Positions 35,083-46,848 are shown, numbered from the whole stretch's first letter. The stretch: DNA of 49,643 nt, filler included, from Catajapyx aquilonaris (GCA_000934665.2; 3 parts of 3 records of this genome joined end to end with filler, not necessarily neighbours in it), one strand, 5' to 3'. Notes: generated by a model from the letters alone, not told the origin. Program-made: numbers and translations.

Positions 35083-36077
35083 TTTCGTTATGTTACATGA
35101 AGCAGTTTAAATGCACAGGTTCGATCACTTTTCTCTCCATAATGTTGAGTGTGGTAATCACTTGCGTTGATGGTTGCTGCTGGAGTCAACAATTATTAAT
35201 GGCTTGGTCATTGGACCACACTGTGTCCTTACAGTATTAATTTTTTTGATAATAAATTTTTTTGGGTAACCCGCCAAACCAGCAAGTTTTTTTCCCCCCG
35301 CAAATTTTCGCAAAATGTTTTCAGACATGGGATGTCATTTTTGGCAGCCACCGATTTCCCTTTTGTGTTGTCGTTTCCGTTTCCTTTCATTATTTGGGGC
35401 GACAGAGTGGCCATTATTGGCTACTCTGCTGGAAAACAAAAGGAGATACTCTGCGCAATGATCTTGCACTCTACTGTACAGTTCCGCAAATCCGAATTTT
35501 TTTCTGATTTTTTTTTGTATTAATGATACAGGGTGGTGCATTGCACAGGTCTCCAAAAGTTGAAGAGGAAGCAGCTGCTGTTCTCCCAACAATAATGTGA
35601 TCCAACTGCCAGCAGGACCACGACAACAATGAGTACAAGTCCTGACACGCATGTTCGACACCCACGCCGCAACAATAGGACAATACGCCGGACCCATGTA
35701 CCTCACGCGGTTACACAGGTCGGTACAGTGCATTAAACAGTGTCTCTTTAATAAAGGGTATTTGGAAGCCTGCAATTGGCTGAATAAACACTTTAGATGA
35801 CATTATGTCAGATTTAAAAAAAAACTATAACAAATTTATGTACGACGCCAAAATGAAAACAATGTGAACAATTAGAAATTAAACCAATTGACACATTAAA
35901 ATAATCGACTGACACCAATTAAAATAAAATTATTAACAGCAGTTTAAAACTAAAGTAACGCACAACAATCAAAATAACATCGTCAGCATTATCCACCATT
36001 GTCGTGCATGTGTTGGCAACAGTAGCTCCGGCTACACTGTTGTTGACTCCTTTGTTGTGTTGTCCTACGCGACTGCT

Positions 36078-36719
36078 ATGCACAGGCAGAACAGTCCGGA
36101 CCACCGTCGAAGAAAGATGGACCCGTCTTTCTCCTCGTCCATGCTGGACGACCTGCGCGTCCGGTCAGACTACTGGCTGCGCGACAACAATGGCAGCAGG
36201 CCCAGCGGAGGAGGACTAGGAGGAGGAGGAGGGATGGACCACCATCAGGATGATGGCGCCTCCAGCATCCACAAGCCAAGAAGTAGGCGTCCCAACTACT
36301 CTCGTCTGATCGGCTCGGCCATCCGGAGCCTGCAGGAGAAAGGGGGGTCCTCCCAGGTCCACATCGTCACCTACATCGAGACCAACCACCCTGAGGCCTT
36401 GACCCCTAAGCAGCTGACCACCGGACTCTCCTTGGCCCTCACACGGGACCTCAAGAAGGGTCACATCCTCCTCACTAAGCAGGGAGGCTACAAATTCGCA
36501 AAGCCAAAGGTATGTTGACGGAACACATTGTTGATCGACGAGCACACATTGTTGACCCAAGCCCTGTTGCAGTGCTACCAAATGGACTGCAAGGCCTGCG
36601 GGGGCAAGGGCACACGACGCAAGAGACGTCGCGGGAAGCGTCGCAAGGGACGTGGCGGTGGTCGGCGTCGCGGTGGAAGGCGACGGCGGCGCAAGCGCGG
36701 AAGGGGACGCCGTCGCTAG
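36078..36719 (+). CDS. Histone H1-related protamine-like sperm nuclear basic protein; join(36078..36509,36573..36719), 192 aa
   Basis: H15 winged-helix signature RPNYSRLIGSAIRSLQEKGGSSQVHIVTYIETNH...LKKGHILLTKQGGYKF. Phase-0 intron AAG|GTATGT...CCCTGTTGCAG|TGC (36510-36572). Exon 2 = CYQMDCKACGGKGTRRKRRRGKRRKGRGGGRRRGGRRRRRKRGRGRRR*. The start could be a later in-frame ATG (e.g. 36117). Confidence 0.88.
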
Positions 36720-36792
36720 GACATTGCGACGCCAATGGACAACTCTCGGCAGATTTCTCGGCAGGACCAAATTTGGCAACCTTCGACTGGGC

Positions 36793-36827
36793 AATAAATT
36801 ATATTGTGTAAATAAATTTGTAATAAA
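36793..36827 (+). terminator. Clustered polyadenylation signals of the H1/protamine-like gene
   Basis: AATAAA at 36793, 36811 and 36822, 74-103 nt after the TAG. No histone stem-loop seen. Confidence 0.7.
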
Positions 36828-37768
36828 CCATAAATTATTATTAACAGTGGAGCTGCCTTTTAAATATTATTATTATTGCAGTGGGGAGTGGGGAATGGCC
36901 GTATCAAGAGAAGCCTAGTAGCGAATGGTATGTGTGTATAAGTTATGAGTCAATCAACGATGAATCAATCAATGAATCAATGAAAATTGCAAGTCCACGT
37001 TTGAATAGTATGTATGGATTGTATGCAATATTCAAAAACTGAGTGACATGTGTTGCACTTGCGATTTAGTGCGTTGGAAGGTCCGAATTCTCCGAGGCAC
37101 CATCCAAGTTTCTCTCTCTGGGAAAGAAAGAAAGAAAAAAAAAACCCGGTTGTTCCAAAGCCAGTCTTATTGCGCCCCAGCTGTCTCCGGACTAAGAAAT
37201 GTCCGGATCCTCGCTCCGAAGACCTTCACCCTCATACAACTTTTAACCCAACGACCTACATTTTTTTTTTGGAGGTGCACCATCTGGCAACACTGGGTCC
37301 TTTTCCTTCCCGGGCCAATGGGAAGGCTCCGCTCCCAACTAATTAATTAGGTCTGGTATGCCAAAGGATCCAATTAATAGATGAGACTCTGTGCTACAAA
37401 AATTTAGCCACGTACCTGTTTTTAATCCGCGGATTTGTTCGCAATTTTTTTTTTTTGGCATGGTTCGGTATTGAGTTGGAAGTTTTTTTTCCTTCATAAT
37501 CATTGAGACAGTTGGCAGCAGCTGAAGCATGTTCTGGCGTTAATCACTCCCACCCCACCCCTCTTTCCACACCGGGTTGTCGACTGTTAATTAACCCGGT
37601 TGGCTACAATGTTGTCGTGCGGTTGGAACAGATGCAAGATGCTGCAAAAATTTTCGCCATGAATTATTTCGGACGCATAAATATCCAGCACTTCCACCTC
37701 CTGTGCAGGAGTCTCTCAAACACACTGTTATGTAGTCATTCGTAACTTTGGACACTAGGCTGCTTATA

Positions 37769-37975
37769 CAGGGTGGTCCAAGTTCAAGTGTCGTTTTATA
37801 ACGGCGATTAATAGAAGCGCTTAACGATGACGTAGCAGCTACGTGTAAAATTGCCCACTTCGATTGCGCCGAAGATGCGCCGAAGTGGGACATTTTACGC
37901 GTCGCTGCTACGTCATCGCAAAATCACTGCTATTAATCGCCGTTATAAAACGACACTTGAACTTGGACCACCCTG
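37769..37975. mobile_element. Tc1/mariner-type MITE, young
   Basis: TA|CAGGGTGGTCCAAGTTCAAGTGTCGTTTTATAACGGCGATTAATAG perfectly mirrored at the right end, TA TSD. Confidence 0.92.
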
Positions 37976-38133
37976 TATTAAAGCAGATCTATTAACAACA
38001 GGTATAAAGTAAGCTGCTAATATTAGCCAGAATAATTGGCACAGCTATGAATTGCAATGAATCTCCGACAGTGATATAAGCACTACAAATATTTTGAAAC
38101 AAGCAGCTTATTGCAATGCCACAAAAGCCCATG

Positions 38134-38283
38134 TACTATCGGGTTCAAATACTTTTGGCCACTTTATCCTGGTCTTGAAGCAACCCTTCGCACACACACA
38201 CACACCTCCTTAACGTGGGGTCTGTGCGAAGGGTTGCTTCAAGACCAGGATAATGTGGCCAAAAGTATTTGAACCCGATAGTA
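38134..38283. mobile_element. Foldback MITE with TA ends
   Basis: TACTATCGGGTTCAAATACTTTTGGCCAC.TTATCCTGGTCTTGAAGCAACCCTTCGCACA and its reverse complement. Confidence 0.88.
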
Positions 38284-38299
38284 GCCTACGTATAGGAAA

Positions 38300-39800
38300 T
38301 GTGCAGTCACAGCACTATTTAACAAACTGTTATTTCGCAGTAACGGCTCTTTTTGTGTTACCTGTAGTTTTCAAGTCAACCGTTCTTTTAAGCAACTGCT
38401 ATTTTCATATTACTACTAATATTGAATTAATTGCTATTTTCTATTAAGAGCTATCTAATTTATCTGCTCCTTTGAATCACACCTATTTCTTATTACAGCT
38501 ACGTTTCCTATTAGCTACTATTCTGAATTGACTGCTCTTTTCTTTTAACTGAATTGAGATTAATTCTATGGATAAGCATACTAAAAATGTCTTAACACAA
38601 GCAGCGTATTACAACACTCTACAAGCCCATAGAAAATGTGTAGTTACAGCAAAAATTAACAATAACTGTCAACTGTTATTTTGCACTAACGGTATTTTTG
38701 TATTGTCTGCTATAATTTCGAATTAACTGCTCTATTAAATAACTGTCATTTCCCTAAAAATTAGGTGTTATTTTGATTAATTGCTATTTTCTGTTAATGG
38801 CTCCTTTAGCTTTACCAGTTATTTTCCATGAAGAGCTATTTGACGCACCGCAATGGCTCTTTAATATTAAGTTATTTTTCTAATAACTGGTTTTTGAAAT
38901 AACTGCTATTTTCTCTTAAGTGCTCTTTTAGTTTAACAGTTATTTTCTATGCAGCGCAATTCAACTTGATGGCTCTTTGATCTTAACAGTTATTTTCTAT
39001 GAAGAGCTACTTGACTAATGGCTCTTTAATCTTAACAGTTATTTTTCTAATCGCTAACTGGTTTTGAATTAACTGCTATTTCCTCTTAAGTGTTCTCTCA
39101 GCATAACAGTTATTTTCTCTGAACAGCTATTTAACTTGATGGCTCTTTGATCTTAACATCAATTTTAATAACTGTTTTCAATTAATTGCTATTTTCTATT
39201 AGCTACTATTTAGCTATTTAACTTAATGGCCCTTTGATCTTAACAGTTATTTTCTATGAAGAGCTACTTGACTAATGGCTCTTTAATCTTAACAGTTATT
39301 TTTCCAATAACTGGTTATGAATTAACTGCTATTTCCTCTTAAGTGTTCTCTCAGCATGACAGTTATTTTCTCTGAACAGCTATTTAACTTGATGGCTCTT
39401 TGATCTTAACATCAATTTTAATAACTGTTTTCAATTAATTGCTATTTTTCTATTTGCTACTATTTAGCTATTTAACTTACTGGCCCTTTGATCTTAACAG
39501 TTATTTTCTATGAAGAGCCATTTCACTTGATGGCTCTGTGAGCTTGACAGTTATTTTAATTACGGTTTTCTTTTAACTGCTATTTTTCTATTAGCTACTG
39601 TTTAGCTATTTAAGTTACTGGCCCTTTGATCTTGACAGTTATTTTCTTTAAAGAGCCATTTAACTTGATGGCTCTTTGAGCTTGACAGCTATTTTAATAA
39701 CTGCTTCCAATTAATTGCGATTTTTCTATTAGCTACTATTTTGAATTGATTCTTTTCTTTCAACAGAATTGCAATGATTTCTAGAGATAAGTATACTTTG
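38300..39800. repeat. Degenerate satellite: ~42-bp monomers with ~255-bp higher-order period
   Basis: Recurring GCTATTTAACTTGATGGCTCTTTGATCTTAACAGTTATTTTCT. GAAGAGCTACTTGACTAATGG at 39001 and 39258; GAACAGCTATTTAAC at 39121 and 39374. Confidence 0.85.
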
Positions 39801-40321
39801 TCTTATAGACGTAAGCAGCCTATGACCTCCACATTCCTGACTGATATTTGGCACGCCCTGTATCCTGGCCAAGTCGCACATTAGCAGGAAATCCGAGAAG
39901 ACTTGGCACAGCCGAATATAAAGACACAATAATAAGTGTAAAGGAGTTTGAGCCAGATAAAAAAAGAAGAAGAAGAAGAAGAAGAAGAGAGAAAGCCGAA
40001 CTAAAGAATCCGTCTGGGTTAAGCCTAGCGAGAGCAATTGCGCAAGTGATTTAACGTGATTAGCATGTGACATGAGAAACGGTGCCATTTGCATCAAGTC
40101 AAAACCACCTCCCCACCACCGTCAACCCTCCTCTGCTGGCCCCTTTCATTGTCTGCGCGTCTTCACTCAGAAAATGGTTTCCTCTCTCTCCCTCTCTCTC
40201 TCTAAAGGTTTCTCTCTCCTCCACCACGCAAGAGAAGAAACTCATTTCGAGCTTCTTCTTTTCGCCAGGAACAGGAACAAAAGGAATTAGACTATAAATT
40301 AGGGAAGAAAACGGGGCAAGG

Positions 40322-40577
40322 ATCTATACAGTGTAGGGAGAAAAAGGAGTGAGTAGAGTAAGAAGAAGGTAGTACGGATTTTACACTTTTTAAAGATGGG
40401 TGCATGTAAAGTGTAAACGTCATCCACATTATTAGACAAGGTTTTCGGATTTTTCCCGCAATCAGTGGCAGGTACGACATCGGTTTGCCAAATTTCAGCG
40501 CTCTCTGTACTCCGGAACTGGGTTAGGTAAGCCGGACAAACATACCAACAAATTTCTCCCTTTATACTATGATAGAT
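40322..40577 (+). mobile_element. Non-autonomous Helitron/Helentron-like (Lep1/HINE-type) element
   Basis: Ends ATCTATACAGTGTAGGGAGAAA / TTTCTCCCTTTATACTATGATAGAT form an imperfect IR. Internal GCCAAATTTCA and GACAAACATAC..AACAAA resemble insect Lep1-type 3' regions. Confidence 0.5.
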
Positions 40578-41358
40578 AAGCGGCCGAAATGGTTTAAAAT
40601 TGGGCCTGATTTGCTCTAAAGTGTCGTCATGGCTGCCGATCCCAAATGGCGTGCATTTTCACTAAGATTTTGTCCTGATGATGTCTCGAAATGCCAGGTG
40701 TTACTGTACGTTTCTCTCATGTACGTATAGAAAGCTGTCGCAGAGTCTGAGGTGCCTCTCAGGTAGCAGCATCGGCACAGCTAATTAGGAGCAAAAAGGG
40801 TGCGTGGATGGCTCCCGAGACATTTGAGCGCTTAATTCCCAAGCGCTGCATGCTTTTGCCTCCGACTTCAAACGAACCTTCTTCATTCTTATATAGAGAG
40901 CACAATGCTCCTTGGGGGGGGGCGTCTGCTGCTTCTTTTCTGCCTATGAGGAAAAGAGAGAGAGAGTTGAGGTCTTGAAGAAGAAGAAGAAGAGGAGGAG
41001 AGGGCCGGCCCCCCTGTGTTTGCTCTACGCATTCAAAACGGTAAGCGCGCTGGAATCTGGAGCGCACACAAAGGAAATGAAGAAGCCTCCTTCTCCTCAC
41101 AGCATCCCTCCCTCCTTTTACCTTGGCTCCTTTTTATCTCTAGCCAGGAGGAACAGAGAGAAGGTCTGTGGCAAGAATTCGCTCAGATTCCTCACAAAGC
41201 TCAAGGCACCCGACCTGCTAATTAGCGAAAGGCCCTCCCACCTCGCTCGCTCAGGTCACGATCAGATGGAAGAGACATTGCTTCGCTGCACCTCGCTTCG
41301 AAATTTTACACACACAAAAAAAAAATCGCAAAAATGTGCCAAATTGGCCAGTTGGAAC

Positions 41359-41889
41359 GGTGTTATGCAATAATGAGTCAACCCACACGAGAACAGGTTT
41401 GAGAAAAAGGGGCTTTGAAGGTCATACCTGTGTTCTTTTCGGTCATTTATGGCAGAAGTATGCAGATTTCGCTACCTTGACTTTAACTGAATTAAGTAGG
41501 ATCCTTTTACCGAAGCAGTGGTTGGCGGAGGGGATATGGTATCCGACTGCTAATCGGGAGGTCCTGGGTTCGAATCCCGGTGCCGTCAACTCGAACCATG
41601 GTTATCTGTGGTTTCCCACGGTTCCTCCAGGAGAATTCCGGAGTTGTTTCCTAAACTAATAGGCCACAGCCGCCTCCTTCCTTTCCTATCCCAAAAAGCG
41701 CAGTAAAAACGAAACGAAGAGTTCCAGTCAAAAAATATATAATATCCCCCCTAAAGAGCCGCCGGCTGATAACGGGGTATGAATTATTATTATTTCTCAT
41801 TTTAAGTAGGATCCTTTGGGTGTATGTTCCTGGGCTTAACTCAATATCGACATCAGTTTTTGTGGGTTGACCCATTATTGCATAACACC
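41359..41889. mobile_element. MITE (same family as 17993-18225) interrupted by a SINE
   Basis: TIRs GGTGTTATGCAATAATGAGTCAACCCACA / TGTGGGTTGACCCATTATTGCATAACACC. Confidence 0.88.
41508..41801 (+). mobile_element. Full-length tRNA-derived SINE
   Basis: A-box-like TGGCGGAGGGG and B box GGTTCGAATCCC. Insect SINE core TGTGGTTTCCC..CCTCCAGG..AATTCCGG..TAGGCCACAGCCGCCTCCTTCC. (ATT)n tail and 16-bp TSD TTAAGTAGGATCCTTT (41492-41507, 41802-41817). Confidence 0.9.
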
Positions 41890-42964
41890 ATCCAGTTATT
41901 ACTAACAGCAATTGCTGCTATTCAAACTACTATTTGGAGATGCTTTTTATTGCACAATTTGCTAACAGGTGCTATTGCTGACCAGCATGTTTCATGCTGC
42001 TACTCACGATGCTATTAGTAGACTGTACTAAATATGCTATTCGTATAGCTTACTTTTGCCCAATTTAGAGTGAATTGCTGCTTAAAAAACAGCTACTTCG
42101 GATCGCGGTACAAAGGCAGCTATTGCTGCTATTCAATATGTTATTAACGGCCAAAATTTAGCATATTTTTATAAGAAATTGGTCCTAAATAAATATTCTG
42201 CTACGTTTTGTTATTTCTCACTTAGGTTAAAAACAGCGATTGTTGCTATTCAATCACAATTTGTAGTACCGGTAGCTGCTTTTTTGGCAAATTTATAGCA
42301 AATTGCTGTTATAACTGCTATTGCAGACCTTGTTTCAAGAGCAGCGCACCCCCCACGCATGTTCGTTATTCCCTCCGATGAACAGCGAGCAAGTGTTAGT
42401 GATAGTACTTCTTGCATGAACTTTCTCATTTTCTTTTTCCCCCCCACCACCACCAATCCTCCATCTACCTCCCTCCACCATCTTCCTGCTCAACCGCCCA
42501 ATTTTCCAGCAATTTCGGCAAGTGCCTGCGGCTCGTGGCTAAATGAAAAGAAAGGAATGACTACCAGACACTAAATCAACCCTCCACCCCTCCCCGCACC
42601 TTCCACGACTCTGCATATTTTACGCGGGGGATTGCCGCGTAAAAACCGGCAACGACGCCCCTGACGCCTGGGAAGGTGGGATGTAAAAATCTGGGTGCAC
42701 GTTCACCCCAAATTACATATTGTTCCAAAGGTCTTATCTGCACTTGAGGGTGTTACACTTGAGGAGCAGACTGCGATGCGTCTAGTCTTCCCTATCATTC
42801 ATTGGTCCTAAGTCTAAATTTTTGGTATTAGGACTTTAAAAAAGTTACAGACTTTTCCTTCAATAAGTCCTTCAATAAGTCAGCCGTATTCCAAGTTTCA
42901 CCACTCTCAATAGTCCGGAAGTGGGTGAGGTAGCCCAGACATACAAGCAGAAACTTTCTGCCGT

Positions 42965-43964
42965 ATATCATTATAATTATTATAAATATATTTATTAATA
43001 AAATTTGTTATAGTGATTTTATATAATATATATTTTAATTATAAATTATTTAATTCTATTATATACGTTTAAATTATTTTTATTGTGTTTATATTATTAT
43101 TATATCACTGCTATTTTTAAATTGTTTTTATTATTTTAAAATTTTTATTTTTTATATCTATAATATATTTATTTGTTATATTATAATATTATAATATTAT
43201 ATTATATCTATAATATATTTATTATATTATATCGATAATATATTTATTATATTATATCGATAATATATTTATTATATTATATCTATAATATATTTATTAT
43301 ATTATATCTATAATTTATTTATTTATTATATTTAATCTATAATATATTTATTATATTATATCTATAATTTATTTATTTATTATATTTAATCTATAATTTA
43401 TTTATTATATTTAATCTATAATTTATTTATTATATTATATCTATAATATATTTATTATATTATATCTATAATTTATTTATTTATTATATTTAATCTATAA
43501 TTTATTTATTATATTTTATCTATTATTTATTTATTTATTATATTTTATCTATAATTTATTTATTTATTATATTTTATCTATAATTTATTTATTTATTATA
43601 TTTTATCTTTATTACGGTATATTATATTATATAATATTATACTTTTATTATATAATATTATACTTTTATTATATAATATTATAATATTATATTATAATAT
43701 TACATTATAATATTATATTACATTATTATATTATTATATTATATTATAATATAATATAATATAATATTAATCTAATATTTTTATTATTATATTATATTAT
43801 ATTATATTTTTAATTATATTTTTAATTATATTTATATTATTTTACATAGCCTATTATTACAATATTATTATTATAATTAATATATTATTATTATATTATT
43901 GTTATATTTTATTATTTTTAGTTTAGTAGTAGTAGGAGTAGTAGTAGTAGTAATAGTAGTAGTA
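42965..43964. repeat. ~1 kb AT-only low-complexity/minisatellite tract ending in (TAG)n
   Basis: Variants of ATCTATAATATATTTATTATATTAT; almost no G until TAGTAG.. at 43924. Confidence 0.95.
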
Positions 43965-45639
43965 TGTCAGTTTGAACTACTATATTAGCTGGTCTGTGCC
44001 TTTGTTTGTCCGCGGTGAGTCACCGGCTAGATTAATGTGTAGTACCCACGAGAGTGACAGAGGTGCGCCATCTATGTGATGGATATATGGTACTACGTCC
44101 ACAGTTTTTCCTTGCCATCTCGAATTCTTCATTACCGAATGGTTGCGCGTGCAATTAAGATCGTCTGGAGTTTCTTCTCCTCCCGTACCACCCCCTTTTA
44201 TTGGAAACCCAACACTCGGAAGGAGTCCGATGGCTCCTGCCTATTCATGCATACCAATCTGCCTCCGGAGCAAACTCATTTCCCTTCCAACCCTTACCCC
44301 CCCCCCCATCCGGTATATAGTATTTTCCTCCCCCTCCCCTCCCTTCTTCTCCACTTCCTCCATTCCTTTGCTTCCCCCCCTTTTCCGCACACTTGTCGAC
44401 TTTTTACCTCAAAACTCTTCCTTCCACACTATATGCGAGGAGGAATCATATTCCGTGGAAATATCAGGCCGGAAAGAGGGATAAAGTCGATCCATTTTTT
44501 TTTTCTTTCTCAAAACTTCGGGAGATTACTTTTTTTTTCCCAGCCTCTTTTCCAGGCCTGGACAAACTTATCTCGTCAAAGGGAACTCGCATTGCGGGGG
44601 GAATTCACAAGGATGAATTCTGAAGGGACCAATACTCGTTATGAGCAATTGTGACATTTTCTTAGCCTAACCTAACCTATTCTTACCTTACCTTATGTAT
44701 ACCTTAATCTTACATAATCATACCTAACCTAACTTAACATATTGTCCCAAACCTTTTTAAGGATCTGGCTGAAACGGGCAGGGTTTTGGGAGCAAATCAG
44801 AACAGAGCACCTGAGGAATTTCCAATAACAAGTCAGGACGGCGTAACATGATCCTTTCCCTTTTCCAGCCCCCTCTACCCCTTCTCCTGTACCCCTCCTG
44901 TAAGCATAATGAAATCCGGCGAATGCATTTTGCATGGCGGTTTGGGCCGCAGCCTTGTGCAAAGCCCCACAATGTAAAATGCATGCCCTCCAACCTCCCC
45001 ACCCCCCCTCTGCCTGCCCTAGTGTAAGTCCATTTAGCAACATAGCCATTACCTCCCCCTAGAGGGGTTTTTCCGGGTTGGCCCCTCACCCCCCTCTAAA
45101 AAATACTGGGCCAAAAATCATTCCTACCGCCAGTTTAAAAAAAATCCGGTGGAAACAGAAATTACGGGCAGTAAATTTCAATTGAAACGCTAATTGAATC
45201 CAATCACAAGAGCCCTGGGATTTTCTGTGGAAGGAAATGGGGAAGAAAAGAGTTCTCCTTTCTCATGTCCAGGCAGGGGAGTTCCGATAAAAGGGGGGGA
45301 AGGGGGTCCTATTGCCAAAAAAAACGTACATGTAATGCCCGTTGCTCACAAATTGCGACCAGAGACTGCCAAGTATCAAAAGGACCAGTCAGAACCAAGG
45401 GGGAAAAGTTCAAAGAAAAACCAGGGGATATCCCTTCTGAAAAGGAGGGTAGAGTATGCTTTTTGGTCTTAGGTTCTACTCAAAAAATAGGATCAGTTCA
45501 CTGGAATTAAAGGGGAGATGAGCACACGCCACGTTGCCATATTCAAAACTTGAACACACATATACGTATTAACATTAAGGCATCATCATCATCATAAGGG
45601 CAAATTATTAAATTTCCCCAACCTGAGCGCCATTGGTGG

Positions 45640-45682
45640 CTACCACTACTACCGGTCGCCACAAATGGCGCCCAACGTGGGG
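45640..45682 (+). mobile_element. LTR-retrotransposon remnant: LTR 3' end plus tRNA-Lys primer-binding site
   Basis: ...GTCGCCACA-AA-TGGCGCCCAACGTGGGG: 17 nt identical to the canonical tRNA-Lys1,2 PBS, two bases after a CA end. Confidence 0.6.
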
Positions 45683-46848
45683 AATGCGAAAGATTCGTCC
45701 AATTCGCTAATTTCCATTGCGTTTGTGTTGAGAAGTTGCAATTTAGCGAATTTGGAGTTCCCTTCCATGCAAAACCGCACGCATGCGCTGGTTGCAAGTG
45801 GAGTGGAAAGTGGAGGAAGTAAGAGGAGAATTGCAATCAGCAGTTGTAACCGAGAAGAGGGCAAAGGAGATTAAATTCCTCCGGTTTTCCTTTTCACTTT
45901 GCCAGTATCAGCAGGGGGCGGAGGCCATTTAAAATGCTATCATGACCAACCTGTTGCGAATTTTACGCACTTTGCCTAAAAATCGCGTGTTTTTTTTTGT
46001 TCTGCAAAAAGCCCGTACCTTCCCCTACTCTGGAAACTTTCGGCCGAGTTTTGAGTCGCACCCTCGCACTTGAATACCCTGCATAATTTGCACTCCCTTC
46101 TTCACCCTCCCACTTTTCCCCCTGTAAATTGATTACCTTTTCTGCAAACATTTTATGCAAACGAGTTGCTTCGTCAGGGAAAAAATTTTTGCAGGCTGCT
46201 TGTACCGGGATATTTCCTTCAAACACGGGAAGGGGAGGTTCAGAATCTCCTGGCCTAACTACGTCTTAATTAGCCGGCTAACAATGCTGCAAGTTTACGC
46301 CCAGAGATAATAATGAGAGCGTGAATGCGTCGAGGAAAACTTTTCCAAGAAAAAGTTCTGGACCAACAACATTGGGGAAAAATTAAAGAGGCGGTGATAT
46401 TTTGCATAAGTCTCAACTTTCGAATGACGTATGATAGCAAAGGTTTGTTACCGAGTTGCAAGGTCACTACCCGGGGTGGCCCATGGGTACTTCATTCCCT
46501 TGCTATATTGATAATCGTTAGGGAGATGAAGTGGCGTCCCGGGTTCAATCCCCACCCGGGGTTCCCACCTTTATCCGTGCAGAGTTGGGCTATCTCTGGC
46601 TTCATTTCGGGTGGAAATTTCCTAAAGACTAATCCACCCGGGGGAGTTCACAAAATGACCACTCAACGACAGCGCACATGCACTTTGCACATCCCCTCCC
46701 ACCTACCCTTGGAGTAACTAATAAAATCCTTCTTAACTCGCTCCAAACAAATCCCAATGGTGGTAATCCACCCCCTTATAGACCCAACAGGTCACCACGG
46801 GGTAATCAAAAAAATTGATAATCGTTATCCGACTGATCGTTGGTATGT

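Noticed and set aside
36516..36518. Selenocysteine or stop read-through at the in-frame TGA linking the two ORFs
   Set aside because: Strong GT-AG splice signals around it explain the fusion more simply; no SECIS recognised.
1650..36719. Kelch-CUL3 adaptors plus protamine-like gene as a linked spermiogenesis cluster
   Set aside because: They are on different contigs joined by artificial spacers, so there is no linkage evidence.
36216..36794. 192-aa antisense ORF over the H1/protamine gene
   Set aside because: Shadow ORF of GC-rich coding sequence; no domain features.
34575..37295. hAT-like Pack element (CAGTGTTGCCA...TGGCAACACTG) enclosing the protamine-like gene
   Set aside because: Flanking 8-mers (GTCCCAGG vs GGTCCTTT) do not form a TSD, and the 11-mer is a common motif.
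41519..41590. tRNA gene
   Set aside because: No proper acceptor stem; it continues into a SINE body with tail and TSD, so it is a SINE head.
44664..44740. Interstitial insect telomere (TTAGG)n
   Set aside because: Only a few degenerate CCTAA units, typical of insect repeat-element interiors.
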